26,274 nucleotides of DNA from Octopus sinensis. Its lineage: Eukaryota. The position numbers and the translations under genes were made by a program. Below the pieces are notes generated by a model. It was not told the DNA's origin and searched no databases. It saw nothing but the letters and a program-made list of their open reading frames with translations. The DNA lies in the NCBI RefSeq assembly GCF_006345805.1, contig NW_021835649.1, positions 1 through 26,274 on the forward strand, in the 5' to 3' direction. Below are positions 12,820-23,599 of the stretch, piece by piece (the stretch's first letter is position 1; every line of letters begins with the position of its first letter).

Positions 12820-13000
12820 TTACTACCCTGCGCGCGTAATCGAAATCCGGGTATTGTAGTCGCTCGTCTTTGTCTGTTTGTCTGTGTGTTTACAAAATTA
12901 CTGGGAAAAGGCTGAACTGATTTTCACCAAATTTGGCAGAAATACTCGTTAGGTGTGTGGCTCGAACGCATTAAATTTTGGTGGACGGGTGAATCAAAAA
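12820..13000 (+). mobile_element. Probable Helentron-associated non-autonomous element (HINE/DINE-1-like), 3' end not evident
   Basis: 5' imperfect inverted repeat TACTACCC...GGGTATTGTA, a short (GTCT)-type tract, then CTGATTTTCACCAAATTTGGCAGA and ATTAAATTTTGGTGG, an organisation I recall for DINE-1-like elements. Confidence 0.55.
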
Positions 13001-13116
13001 TGTTTCTTTTTTTTCTTTGTTACATATACATAAACGATAAGTAGGGGAAATAACTCTTCATGTAATTTTTCCTGAAATATGAATTAGTCTGAGAATATAT
13101 ATCTATTAAATTAAAA

Positions 13117-13530
13117 GGCAGCGAGCTAGCAGAAACGTTAGCACGCCGGGCGAAAGGCTTAGCGGTATTTCGCCTGTCGTTACGTTCTGAGTTCAAATTC
13201 CGCCGAGGTCGACTTTGCCTTTCATCCTTTCGGGGTCGATAAATTAAGTACCAGTTACGCACTGGGGTCGATGTAATCGACTTAATACCTATGTCTGTCC
13301 TTGTTTGTCCCCTCTGTGTTTAGCCCCTTGTGGGTAATAAAGAAATAGGTATTTCGTCTGTCGTTGCGTTCTGAGTTCAAATTCCGCTGAGTTAGACTTT
13401 GCCTTTCATTCTTTCGAGGTCGATAAATAAAGTACCAGTTTCGCACTGGGTCGATGTAATCGACTTAATCCCTTTGTCTGTCCTTGTTTGCCCCCGCTAT
13501 GTTTAGCCTCTTGTGGGTAGTAAAGAAATA
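13117..13530 (+). mobile_element. Family A SINE, head plus two tandem ~184-bp units, with TSD
   Basis: Head 13117-13163, unit 1 13164-13347, unit 2 13348-13530; B-box GAGTTCAAATTCC in both units; TSD CTATTAAATTAAA at 13103-13115 and 13536-13548. Confidence 0.92.
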
Positions 13531-13769
13531 TATAGCTATTAAATTAAATTGTATTTTCTCCTTGTGTACGCACAGGGTATGCATCTTCCCTCCAAAGCCA
13601 TTTCATTTTTCATTTGAACAGCGGTGTATCTCGGCTTGAGGTTGTCTTCTTGAAATGTGTTAACTTGAACACGACTCCACCTATGTCCGATTCAGTTATG
13701 GAGCCTTCTGACGAACAAGGTAGTCAGTTGTTCCTCCTTTTCTATTGTCCGTCATACATTCCGCATCAC

Positions 13770-13948
13770 CACCACCACCACCACCACCACCCTGTGTTCC
13801 TCATGTTCACATACATTCAAATAACCTCTCTTTGGCCTTCTTTCTCACTTTCTCTCGCTCGTTCTTCACGTCTTTCGTTTATTTTTATTCCCTCTTCGTT
13901 CACTGCCTGCAGCCACTTCATCAAGACTCTTCACTTCTCTCTCTTTCC

Positions 13949-13982
<34 letters not shown>

Positions 13983-14165
13983 TATTATATATATATATAT
14001 ATATTATATATATATATATAATACATATATGTGCATGTGTGTATGTGTGTGTTTGTGTATAAGCATGTGTAGATGTATGTATATACATCGCTCTATTCAT
14101 CGCTCTTTTTCTCTCATTCCGTCGGTCGCTTTCTCTCCCTGCCTCACTCTCTTTCCTTCACTCTT

Positions 14166-14197
<32 letters not shown>

Positions 14198-14280
14198 CCC
14201 TCCATCCCTTTCTCTCTTCCTCCCTCCTTCTCCTTCTCTCTCTCTTTCTCCTTCTCTCCTTACTCTCTCTCTCTCTCTCT
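13770..14280. repeat. (CAC)n, (CT)n, (TA)n and (TG)n low-complexity cluster
   Basis: Directly visible; it accounts for the His-, Ser/Leu- and Glu/Arg-rich ORFs. Confidence 0.85.
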
Positions 14281-14296
14281 CGAAAATTCAAGATTA

Positions 14297-14410
14297 AAAG
14301 AACCGTTGCAACGTCGAAGAGATTGCCTTGCAGCATTTGTTCCGACTCTCGCAGCGCTGATTTCAGTTCCCGTTCAGGTTCAAATTTACCTTTCATCCTT
14401 CGAGGAATCA
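14297..14410 (+). mobile_element. Highly degenerate family A SINE
   Basis: GAACCGTTGCAACGTCG..GATTGCCTTGCAGCATTTGTTCCG..CAAATTTACCTTTCATCCTTCGAGG resembles the head and central domain of the family. Confidence 0.55.
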
Positions 14411-14715
14411 CAAAGCTGTCTTTCTTCAGAAAAGGTGACCTTTGGAATCCCTGATCTTTCGAAGCACACCGCACTTTGTATCCAAATATCTCTTTAAAGC
14501 GAGTGAGTTTTCAAATCTGGCGAGTAAAGAAATAAGCTCAGATGCACAATACGCTTGAACGTAATATAAGGGACATTGCCATGGCCGGAACCCTGTTGTT
14601 TGGAGAGGCCAGGGATACATTCATATTTGACATGTGTTTCTGACGGCGGAGAACCAGGTGTAGTCGAAGGGTATATAGTCAAAGAAGAGAGTTGTATTCA
14701 TGTACACAATATGAA

Positions 14716-14788
14716 GGGGCATGGCTCAATGGTTAGAAAGTCGGGCTCACAATCATGAGGTAGTGAGTTCGATTCCTGGACCGGGCTG
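14716..14788 (+). mobile_element. tRNA-like SINE head (family C-like), truncated
   Basis: GGGGCATGGCTCAATGGTTAG (A box) ... GAGTTCGATTCCTGG (B box), running into a TG microsatellite. It resembles 6050-6120 and is not a convincing full tRNA. Confidence 0.75.
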
Positions 14789-15344
14789 TGTGTTGTGTAT
14801 GTGTAATATATATGTGTGTATGTATGTATGTGTGTATGTATGTGTGTATGCATGCATACATGTATATACGTATGTATCAGTGTGTATATGTGTGTATGTA
14901 CGTATGTGTGTATGTATGCATGTATGTATGCATGTAGGTAGGTAGGTAAACGCTTGCTAAACACTATAGGCTAGCGGAAACAAACTTACTCTACAAGACC
15001 ATGTTTGCTTCCAGCGATTTAAAAGTCCCGAATTAACCATCATACGAGGTAGAATTCTGGGGCAATACTCGGGTCGGCGTTGGAGACTGCGTCGTAAATT
15101 GACAAATGACGTAAAAACAGTTGTTGGTCAAGCAGACCTATTTACGACATGATAAAGAGACAAGAGCCTCGAAACAGATCAAAGTGGTGAGCGAGAGTTT
15201 GTCTTGGAAGTAACCAGACATCGTTTATTGACGTAATGTCGCCAGAAGACCATCGCAATTTCTGAGAAAAGTACCAAGTGGTCATAGAACACAATTAATA
15301 ACAAATTTAACCGATCGGTTCTGATCTGAGAGTTAGACGCCACC

Positions 15345-15862
15345 ATCAGCACCATCGTCATCATCGTCGTCATCGTCCTCGTCCTCCTCCTCCCCCTCCT
15401 CCTCCTCCTCTTCATCATCATCATCATCATCATCATCAATACCATCATCATCCTCACCTTTGTCCATCATCATCGTCACCTTTGTCCATCATCACCATCA
15501 TCATCATAATCGTCATCATCATCACCGTCATCATCATCATCATTATTATCATCATCATCATCAACACCATCATCATTATCACCATCGTCAGCATTACTAT
15601 TATTTTCATTATCATATTCACCATCATCATCACCACGATTATCATGATCATCACGATCATCATGATCATCATCAATACCATCATCATCACCTTTGTCATC
15701 ATCACCATCATCATCATCATAGTCATCATCATCATCATTACTATCATCATCAACAACATAATCATCTTTGTCATCATCATCATCATCAACATCGTCAGCA
15801 TTAGCATTATTTTCATTATCATCATCACCATCATCATCATCATCATCGTCGTCGTCGTTGTC
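15345..15862. repeat. Compound (CAT)n microsatellite with internal duplications
   Basis: Directly visible; source of the poly-His, poly-Met and poly-Ile ORFs. Confidence 0.95.
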
Positions 15863-16179
15863 AGTAACGACAAAAACAGCAGAATATATCGTTAATCAAG
15901 CAACTATCCAATTATATAATATTAGCATAAATAAAACAGTCATCAATTTCCTGGTTCTCCCGCTGCCGCTCATAACTATACATGTCACAGAAGCAACTAT
16001 TTAACTATAGATGCATAGAATCTCCCACACTTCAATATCTTGACTTTGTGCCACTTAAAGAGCACAGACAGTGGAAAAGGTGAGAGTTGAACCATTGACT
16101 CTCCTTTCACCTTGCAGCTCGACGTTGTATCGATTCGGTCACGATTAAACGCACCTCCGAACTTAAGTCGCATTCATTC

Positions 16180-16725
16180 ATACATACTGAAAATTACTAG
16201 ATACATAGATGCACACACACGTACACACACACACTCACACACAGACACACACACATACACACACAGACACACAACATACATACATACATACACATATTCA
16301 TACACACGTATAAAGCTCTGACTTAACACAAATGCATATAAATGTGGGGTGGGTGTACATGTGTGTATGAACGCATGTATGCATATACACATATACATAC
16401 ATACATACATTCATACAGGCACGGACATGTATATATGTATATATATATATATATATGTGTGGTGTGTGTGTGTGTGTAAATACATGCACACAATATACAC
16501 GCACACATATATGAAAATATATATATATATATGTATGTATGTATGTATATATGCATGTATCTTATATTAACATTCACACATATATATGCCTTGATATTCA
16601 TGTGTTTGTATACACACATAAATCAAAATGTATGACTATATACTGTATATGAATATATATTATATGCATATATATGCACATACACATATTTGTATGTATT
16701 TGTATATATGCGTGTATATGCATAT

Positions 16726-16779
<54 letters not shown>

Positions 16780-16854
16780 TACATCAATACCGCACAAACC
16801 ACATATACATATAAAACCATTCATTTATACGGGCATATACATATATTATATATA

Positions 16855-16902
<48 letters not shown>

Positions 16903-17020
16903 CGCATGCGTACATAGATATCAACACACATACATATATACATACAGTCACACATACATATGTACGTACGTACATTCATCCATACACACACACACACACA
17001 CACGCACACACATACATACA
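16180..17020. repeat. (CA)n/(TA)n/(TACA)n compound microsatellite
   Basis: Directly visible. Confidence 0.9.
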
Positions 17021-17324
17021 TAAAAACTTTCCTTATTTTTCTCCTACTAAACTTTCATTATTCCTCGCTTCTCAATCAATATGTTATGCTGTCTGGAAGA
17101 ATGTATTCCTGTCTTTGAGTCAATGCCAACCAATTAGAATAAAATGGCAGATAAAATGAATGCGATGCCATGTTGATGGCCATTTTGTCTGTAGAATTTT
17201 ACGTCTGTCTCTGTTTTGCTGCGACTCTGCGCAATGTTATTTATAATGTCTTAATTTTCGGAAACCATGTCTTACATAAACAGAATATTGTGTCTTTGAG
17301 ATAAATTAATTTTCATTTTCACTT

Positions 17325-17379
17325 ACACAAACACACATACAAACACAACGCGCAGACATACAAGCTATTATTCATCCAT

Positions 17380-17437
<58 letters not shown>

Positions 17438-17615
17438 GTGTGTGTTTTGTGTGTATGTGTATATGTATATATATATATATATATATTATATATATTACAT
17501 ATATATATATGTATATACATATATATATATGAATATATATGTGTATATATATATACATACATACATATATATGTATAGTATATATATTAATATATAATAT
17601 ATATATATATAAATA

Positions 17616-17647
<32 letters not shown>

Positions 17648-17680
17648 ATATATATAATATATATATATATATAATATATA
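17325..17680. repeat. (TA)n/(TG)n microsatellite
   Basis: Directly visible. Confidence 0.95.
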
Positions 17681-17880
17681 GGGAGAATTTACGAAGAAAA
17701 CAAAAGACGAAGACAGGTGTTATACAAAACAAACAGATGTATTAGTAAACGCTCAGGAATAAAAAAAAAGTCTTTTACGTTCGAGCCTACGCTCTTCTAC
17801 AGAAAGGGATACAGAAAAAAAAACAAGGAGAGAAACAAGGAGAGAAAAAAAATGTGTGTAGTGGCTAACGATCGAGGGAA
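17681..17880 (-). mobile_element. Probable Penelope-like fragment abutting (TA)n
   Basis: Contains a hammerhead-like motif and shares the layout of 22870-22994 (CGCTCAGGAA ... ACGTT(T)CGAGC..GCTCTTC). Confidence 0.55.
17772..17806 (-). ncRNA. Degenerate minimal hammerhead motif
   Basis: Minus strand reads CTTT-CTGTAGA-A-GAGC(GTAG)GCTC-GAA-CG-TA-AAAG. Stems I and II pair perfectly, but the core has T at A6 and lacks one A of GAAA. Confidence 0.55.
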
Positions 17881-18376
17881 ACAAGAAGCGGAATGCTTTA
17901 AGAACTATATCATGCATAAAAAAATATTAGCATTTTTATCAAAATACCTACCGGTTTCAGTTTTTAAACTCAATTTAGTAATGCTATTAGCAAAGGGAAA
18001 ATAAACTGAATTAAATTAATATTTTATGCTTGCACTTATGATAGTTCACATTTTTTGTTACACAAACTACAATATACACACCTAGCTATATATTTGTGTG
18101 TCTATATATAAGTATGTATACAAGTATGTGTGTGTGTATGTGTGTGAGTGTAATATTTGTCTGTGCATGTGTATGTTTTTTTGTGTGTGTATGATTGTGT
18201 ACGAGCAAAGTGGATGGTATCCTCGTAGCCAAAGGTTTTGTGTGATTGACGCTAAGCGGACGAATACATCTGTGGGTTTGAAGTAATGTTATCGATGAGT
18301 ATGGTCAACCAACGTCAACCGTACGAAACTTTTAACTATGACGATATAATCCACTTAGCCAACATATAATTACCAT

Positions 18377-18773
18377 GGCGCAGGACTGGCTGTGTGGTAA
18401 GTAGCTTGCTAACCAACCACATGGTTCCGGGTTCAGTCCCACTGCGAAACAATTCTTCTACTATAGCCTCGGGCCGACCAAAGCCTTGTGAGTGGATTTG
18501 GAGACGGAAACTGAAAGAAGTCCGTCGTATATGTATATATATATATATATATGCGTGTTGTGTTTGTGTGCCTGTGTTTGTCCCCTAGCATTGCTTGACA
18601 ACCGATGGTTGTTGTGTTTATGTCCCCGTTACTTAGCGGTTCGGCAAAAGAGACCGATAGAATAAGTACTGGGCTTACAAAAGAATAAGTCCCAGGGTCG
18701 AGTTGCTCGATTAAAGGCGGTGCTCCATCATGGCCGCAGTCAAATGACTGAAACAAGTAAAAGAGTAAAAGAG
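18377..18773 (+). mobile_element. Near full-length family B (CORE-like) SINE
   Basis: tRNA-like head GGCGCAGGACTGGCTGTGTGGTAAG..GGGTTCAGTCCC, an internal TA/TG microsatellite, and a 3' end TGACTGAAACAA followed by (GTAAAAGA)2. Part of the CORE-like segment present at 22710-22735 is missing here. Confidence 0.9.
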
Positions 18774-19507
18774 TATGGGTTGTAGAGATTTTCGAAGACA
18801 ACAACTGAAAATATATGAACTCTGTTCGATAAGTTCTGCAGCTAGCTATTTCAGTCAAACAAATGCCGTTGTAGTAGCTACAGAATGGATAAAGAAAGAA
18901 GACCATGTTTCTGCCAGTGGAATGTTTTATGCTGGTAATTCAGTCTTTCTTTGCCAATCAGTAAATGTTAGCCATGATGTTTGTATGGTTAGCAGCAGTA
19001 CTGTCCCAGATATGTGAGCATTCACATCTCCTGATTTCCATTCGTATCGATCACTTCGGCCAAATACGGCTTTTGATCATTAATATTGAATCAATAAATC
19101 GAAGGAGTGCACAATCAATTGTTGATATGACCCCTGGCTTTTGTTGTTGTTGTTGTTGTTTTAAATATGTTTTAATGAAAAACATTAATAGAAGAATGTG
19201 AAGGCTCCACTTTTGACTGAACGAAAGTTTGCTTTGGCATATTAGAAAATTAAGAATATTTTCACGAAAGAATTAATGGAAGAATCAGTGGGTTCCACTT
19301 TTTTTTTTAATAAATCAAAAACTGAAGTACATTTTTGCGAAAATGGTAATGGAAATATCAGAGGGTTCCATATATAACTTAGCGAAACAATTTTTAGAGA
19401 ATTAAAAATATGTAAAATACATTTTGATGAAGAAAAATCGCAGAATCAGGGGATACCAATAAAAAAAAAATCGTTTGAATCTTTTTAAAGTTTTACATTT
19501 TAACGAA

Positions 19508-19971
19508 AATATTGGTTAAAATTTTCACACAAGGGCAGCAATTTTAGGGAAAAGGACAAAGTCGATTAAGTCGACCCCAGTGTTCAACTGGTACTTATTT
19601 TATGGATTACGAAAGGGTGAAAGTAAAGTTGACCTTGGCGGAATTTGAACTCAGAACGTAGCGGCAGACGAAATACCTATTTCTTTACTATCCACAAGGG
19701 GCTACACACAGAGGACACAAACAAGGACAGACAAACGAATTAAGTCGATTATATCGACCCAAGTGCGCAACTGGTACTTATTTAATCGACTCCGAAATGA
19801 TGAAAGGCAAAATCGACCTTGGCGGAATTTGAACTCAGAACGTAGCGGCAGACGAAACACCGCTAAGCATTTTGCCCGGTGTGCTAACGATTCTGCCAGC
19901 TCGCCGCCTTTACGGACGAAATGCCACTAAGCATTTTGCCCGACGTGTTACCTATTCTGGCATCTCGCCGC
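19508..19971 (-). mobile_element. Nested family A SINEs: younger copy (19678-19908) inside an older copy
   Basis: Older head at 19909-19971, complete younger copy, then body with the older-type 3' end (AAATTGCTGCCCTTGTG..CCAATATT) at 19508-19677. Confidence 0.85.
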
Positions 19972-19984
19972 ATTTTTTAACGGA

Positions 19985-20188
19985 AATATTGGTTTCAAAT
20001 TTTGGTACAAGGCCGGCAATTTTGTGGCCGGGGATAAGACGATTACATCAACCTCAGTGCTCGACTGGTACGTATTTTTTTTTTTTACTCCGAAAGGATG
20101 GAAGGCAAAGTGATTCAGAATGTAAAGACGGACGAAATGCCTCTAAGCATTCTGTTCGGCGTGCTAACGATTCTGCCAGTTCTTCGCC
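19985..20188 (-). mobile_element. Older family A SINE
   Basis: The reverse complement has head GAACTGGCAGAATCGTTAGCACGCCG, CCTTCCATCCTTTCGGAG and 3' end GCCTTGTACCAAAATTTGAAACCAATATT. Confidence 0.85.
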
Positions 20189-20539
20189 ATCTTTAGAGAA
20201 ATATTTATAGAAAAATCGGAGCGTTCCTTTTATAAATAAACGAAATGATTTTGAAAACGAAAAGAAATAAAGTACATTTTTACCGAAAGTATTAACAGAA
20301 GAACCAAAAGCCTCCAAACGGAAAATTTCTTTGAAATATCAAAAGAAAAAGCTGAAGAACATATAAACAGAGATATTAACTGAAGAATTAGTGGTTTCTA
20401 CTTATAAATTAGTGAAATAATTTTTAAGCTTAAAAGAAAAAAGAAGTACATTTTAAGGGGAATATTTCTAGAAGAATCAGAGGCTTCCACGCAGAAACAC
20501 TTTCTTTTGAATATCTGCAAAATAGTAAATTTTAACGAA

Positions 20540-20750
20540 AATATTGATTTCAAATCTTGGCACAAGGCCAGTAATTTCTGGGAAGCGGATAAGTCGATTA
20601 CATCGACCCCGGTATTCAAGCGGTAGTTATTTTATTGACCCTGAAAGGATGAAAAGCAAAGCAGATTTTGTGGGTATTTGAACTCTGGCCGTAATGACGG
20701 ACAAAATGTTGCAAGGGATGCTGCGCTACGCGTTAACAATTCCGCTAGTG
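20540..20750 (-). mobile_element. Older, degenerate family A SINE
   Basis: AATATTGATTTCAAATCTTGGCACAAGGCC...GTCGATTACATCGACCCC...GAAAGGATGAAAAGCAAAG on the plus strand. Confidence 0.8.
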
Positions 20751-21007
20751 TTTACGAAAAGGCGAAGGAATTTGTCAAAAGTACATTTTAAGGAAAATAT
20801 TAATTGAAAAATTAAAAGGGTTCACATAGAGATATGGCGAAAGAATTCTTTAAAATATACAAGACAAATATAATACGTACAACCGAAAATATTAACGAAA
20901 AAAAATCGAAGGGTTCTATGCCAAAGAATTCTTTAAAATATAAAAACTGAAATACATTTTCACGAATGAGAAAACTCCACTTAGAGCGTAGCCGCAGAAT
21001 TCTTTAA

Positions 21008-21195
21008 AATATTGGTTTCAAATTTTGACACAACGACTGCTATTCAGCGAAAAGGGCTAAGTTGGTTACATCAACTGATAATCGACCGCGAAAGGATGAA
21101 AAGGAGAATCAACGGCGGGAGAATTTGATCCCAGAACATAGAGACGAAATGCCACTGAGAATTCTACGCGGCATGCTGACGATTCTACCAGCCCA
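21008..21195 (-). mobile_element. Older, degenerate family A SINE with internal deletion
   Basis: AATATTGGTTTCAAATTTTGACACAA...ATCGACCGCGAAAGGATGAAAAGG...GACGAAATGCC...GACGATTCTACCAGC. Confidence 0.8.
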
Positions 21196-21538
21196 ACGTC
21201 TCATATTTCTTTAAAATATTAAAAGAAATGAAGAACAATTAATGAAATAGAATTTAATCAAATGGAATAAATGCCATGGAATATCAAAAATTTATTAATA
21301 TTCTTTTTTTTACTTTTTATTCGGTTATCGTTTTATGTAATTTGTTTTCAGTTATTTTTGTACGTTTTTGTTTTTTATATTTTTATTCATTTTTTTTTAT
21401 CATAATTTTGACATTAATGAATGGTATTATTCCATATCCGGAACACAGAAAATATTTTCGTTTCGGATTTTCTTTCTTTTTTTGTATTATTCGGCTGCTT
21501 TTTTGTATTATTATTATTGGTATCATTATTATTATTAA

Positions 21539-21996
21539 GGTGACAAATTGACAGAATCGTTAGCAAGCCGGACGAAATGCATAGCGGTATTTCGCCCGTC
21601 GCGGCGAGCTGGCAGAAACGATAGCACGCCGGGCGAAATGCTTAGCGGTATTTCGTCTGCCGTTACGTTGTGAGTTCAAATTCCGCCGAGGTCGACTTTG
21701 CCTTTCATCCTTTCGGGGTCGATTAAATAAGTTCCAGTTACGCACTGGGGTCGATGTAATCGACTTAATCCGTGTGTCTGTCCTTGTTTGTCCCCTCTGT
21801 GTTTAGCCCCTTGTGGGTAGTAAAGAAATAGGTATTTCGTCTGCCGCTACGTTCTGAGTTCAAATTCCATTGAGGTCAACTTTGTATTTCATCTTTTCGG
21901 GGTCGACAAATTATGTACCAGTTGGGTACTGGGGTCGATATGATCGACTGTTCCCTTCTGCAGAAAATTCAGGCCTTCTGCCAAAATTAGACAGGC
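21539..21996 (+). mobile_element. Nested family A SINEs: younger copy (21601-21830) inside an older copy
   Basis: Older head 21539-21600 ending GGTATTTCGCCCGTC, complete younger copy, then 21831-21996 continuing to an older-type 3' end and a (TTA)n tail at 21997-22067. Confidence 0.88.
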
Positions 21997-22068
<72 letters not shown>

Positions 22069-22069
22069 G

Positions 22070-22196
22070 AGGGGCGGACTTGCAGAATTGTTAGCACAGC
22101 AGGCGAAATGCTTAACGGCATTTCGTCGATCTTTACGTTCTGAGTTCAAATTCTGCTGAGATCGACTTTGCCTTTCATCCTTTTGGGATCGACAAA
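22070..22196 (+). mobile_element. Family A SINE, 3'-truncated
   Basis: GGGGCGGACTTGCAGAATTGTTAGCAC...TTCTGAGTTCAAATTC...GACTTTGCCTTTCATCCTTTTGGGATCGAC. Confidence 0.85.
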
Positions 22197-22654
22197 GTTT
22201 TTGACTGATCCTCTTTCCCGAAGTTACCTTATCTCCCATAAATATTGATATTGTTTTATATAAATTATATTGCATCTTGGAAAGATCATTTCGCCAATAA
22301 TAAACACTCGCACTGTTTCAATTTCACTTCTTTCTTATGAAATATAAAACGAAATATAAATTTTATCTTTCTTCTTGCTGCTTCAACCTGTCCTTCGCAT
22401 TTTTCAAATAACCTCAGTTGTGTCCACCAACTATATTCTTTTGTTATATTTTATCCAATATGCCCTCGTTATGTTTTAATATATACTGAATTTCGTTGTT
22501 TTCATGTTACATAAATTGTCAAAAAATCGACAGCAACAAATTCGGAGTAACGATTGGGGCAAACTTCAGCCTCCAGTAAGCTATATAATCATAATTTGTC
22601 TACCGGGTACTCCCTTTTCTTCTGCTTGTTAATATTTTTTCAAACGAGTGTGTG

Positions 22655-22752
22655 GGAGTGGTGCAGTATTCTACTTACGAACCATATGTTCCGGGTTCAG
22701 TCCCACTGCGTGGCACCTTGGGCAAGTGACTTCTACTATAGTCGGGCCGTCT
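22655..22752 (+). mobile_element. Family B (CORE-like) SINE 5' fragment
   Basis: CCATATGTTCCGGGTTCAGTCCCACTGCGTGGCACCTTGGGCAAGTGACTTCTACTATAG; ACCTTGGGCAAGTGACTT resembles the CORE domain. Confidence 0.85.
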
Positions 22753-22781
22753 GTAATATATATATATATATATATATACTA

Positions 22782-22835
<54 letters not shown>

Positions 22836-22989
22836 ATATACATATACATATAATATATATATATATAATTTTAATCCAAACGGGAAAACAGAAAAAACAA
22901 CAACACGTGGAACAATTACAGTATTATTATTAATAGGCGCTCAGGAAAGATGGAAGCAGGAAGGTATGACGTTTCGAGCGGAGCTCTTC
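22753..22989 (-). mobile_element. (TA)n plus Penelope-like fragment between 12-bp direct repeats
   Basis: GTCGGGCCGTCT at 22741-22752 and 22990-23001; hammerhead-like motif at the right junction. Confidence 0.6.
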
Positions 22990-22994
22990 GTCGG
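22968..22994 (-). ncRNA. Truncated minimal hammerhead motif
   Basis: Minus strand reads CCGACGA-A-GAGC(TCC)GCTC-GAAA-CG-TC. The 5' strand of stem I is missing, and the U4 position lies inside the direct repeat. Confidence 0.55.
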
Positions 22995-23000
22995 GCCGTC

Positions 23001-23031
23001 TATATATATATACATACACATTCACACACAC

Positions 23032-23107
<76 letters not shown>
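23001..23107. repeat. (TA)/(CA)/(GATA)n microsatellite
   Basis: Directly visible. Confidence 0.95.
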
Positions 23108-23108
<1 letters not shown>

Positions 23109-23257
23109 TGTTCAACGGACTTCTTGGACATTACTGCTTTGAATTCTAGAAGTCATAGGGTTCATCACTTGGCATATAATTGACCAAAATCACTACATCC
23201 ATGTGAGTAGATGTGACAAACGGAAAATCCAAGAGGCCAGATAAAAGAACATTAAAC

Positions 23258-23338
23258 CCAAGTTGTCACGCAGTGGGATTGAACCCGTAACCATGTGACT
23301 GGGAACTGAACCTCTTACCAAACGGCCATGCCTACGCC
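23258..23338 (-). mobile_element. Family B SINE head fragment
   Basis: The reverse complement is GGCGTAGGCATGGCCGTTTGGTAAGAGG..CACATGGTTACGGGTTCAATCCCACTGCGTGACAACTTGG. Confidence 0.85.
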
Positions 23339-23599
23339 TATGTATGTGTATGTATGTGTGTGTATGCATGTGCGTGTGTCTGTGTGCCTGAAGTCAAGTG
23401 AATGTAAATAGATTTTTCTCACTCCTTCACGCATGATCGATATAAATTGATGATCATCGATGTGACCAAATTCATTGATTAACGCCAATAATGTCGATGT
23501 TTTAAAGTTAAATGGAAAAACCAAAAACAACCAATCACAACACAAAACTAAAATAACCGAATTTCTCGTCCATTAGCGTTTGTTATTATTCATTTGATG

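Larger units (their letters stand above)
19230..21230. repeat. Degenerate ~80-90-bp tandem repeat array interrupted by SINEs
   Basis: (A/G)TACATTTT-type motif at 19326, 19416, 19494, 20271, 20445, 20524, 20780 and 20951; GAATCAG.GG.TTCCA-type motif at 19279, 19355 and 20471; exact GAATTCTTTAAAATAT at 20843, 20926 and 20997. Confidence 0.7.

Noticed and set aside
13164-13530. Repeat units superficially like a CRISPR or regularly spaced array
   Set aside because: These are tandem SINE bodies in eukaryotic DNA, with no spacers or cas genes.
13622-13719. AG/GT-bounded open segment (GVSRLEVVFLKCVNLNTTPPMSDSVMEPSDEQ)
   Set aside because: Weak donor (GTAGTC) and no recognisable domain.
13708-13733. 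CTGACGA followed by a small hairpin
   Set aside because: No downstream GAAA or UH, so it is not a hammerhead.
14716-14788. Possible tRNA gene
   Set aside because: It has A and B boxes but no convincing acceptor stem; better explained as a SINE head.
15454-15895. Poly-His, poly-Met and Asp-rich reading frames resembling biomineral or metal-binding proteins
   Set aside because: They arise from (CAT)n. The Asp-rich minus frame starts after a stop with no ATG or acceptor AG.
18775-19017. 80-aa non-repetitive ORF directly after a SINE
   Set aside because: No recognisable motif, the ATG abuts the SINE tail, and the length is compatible with chance.
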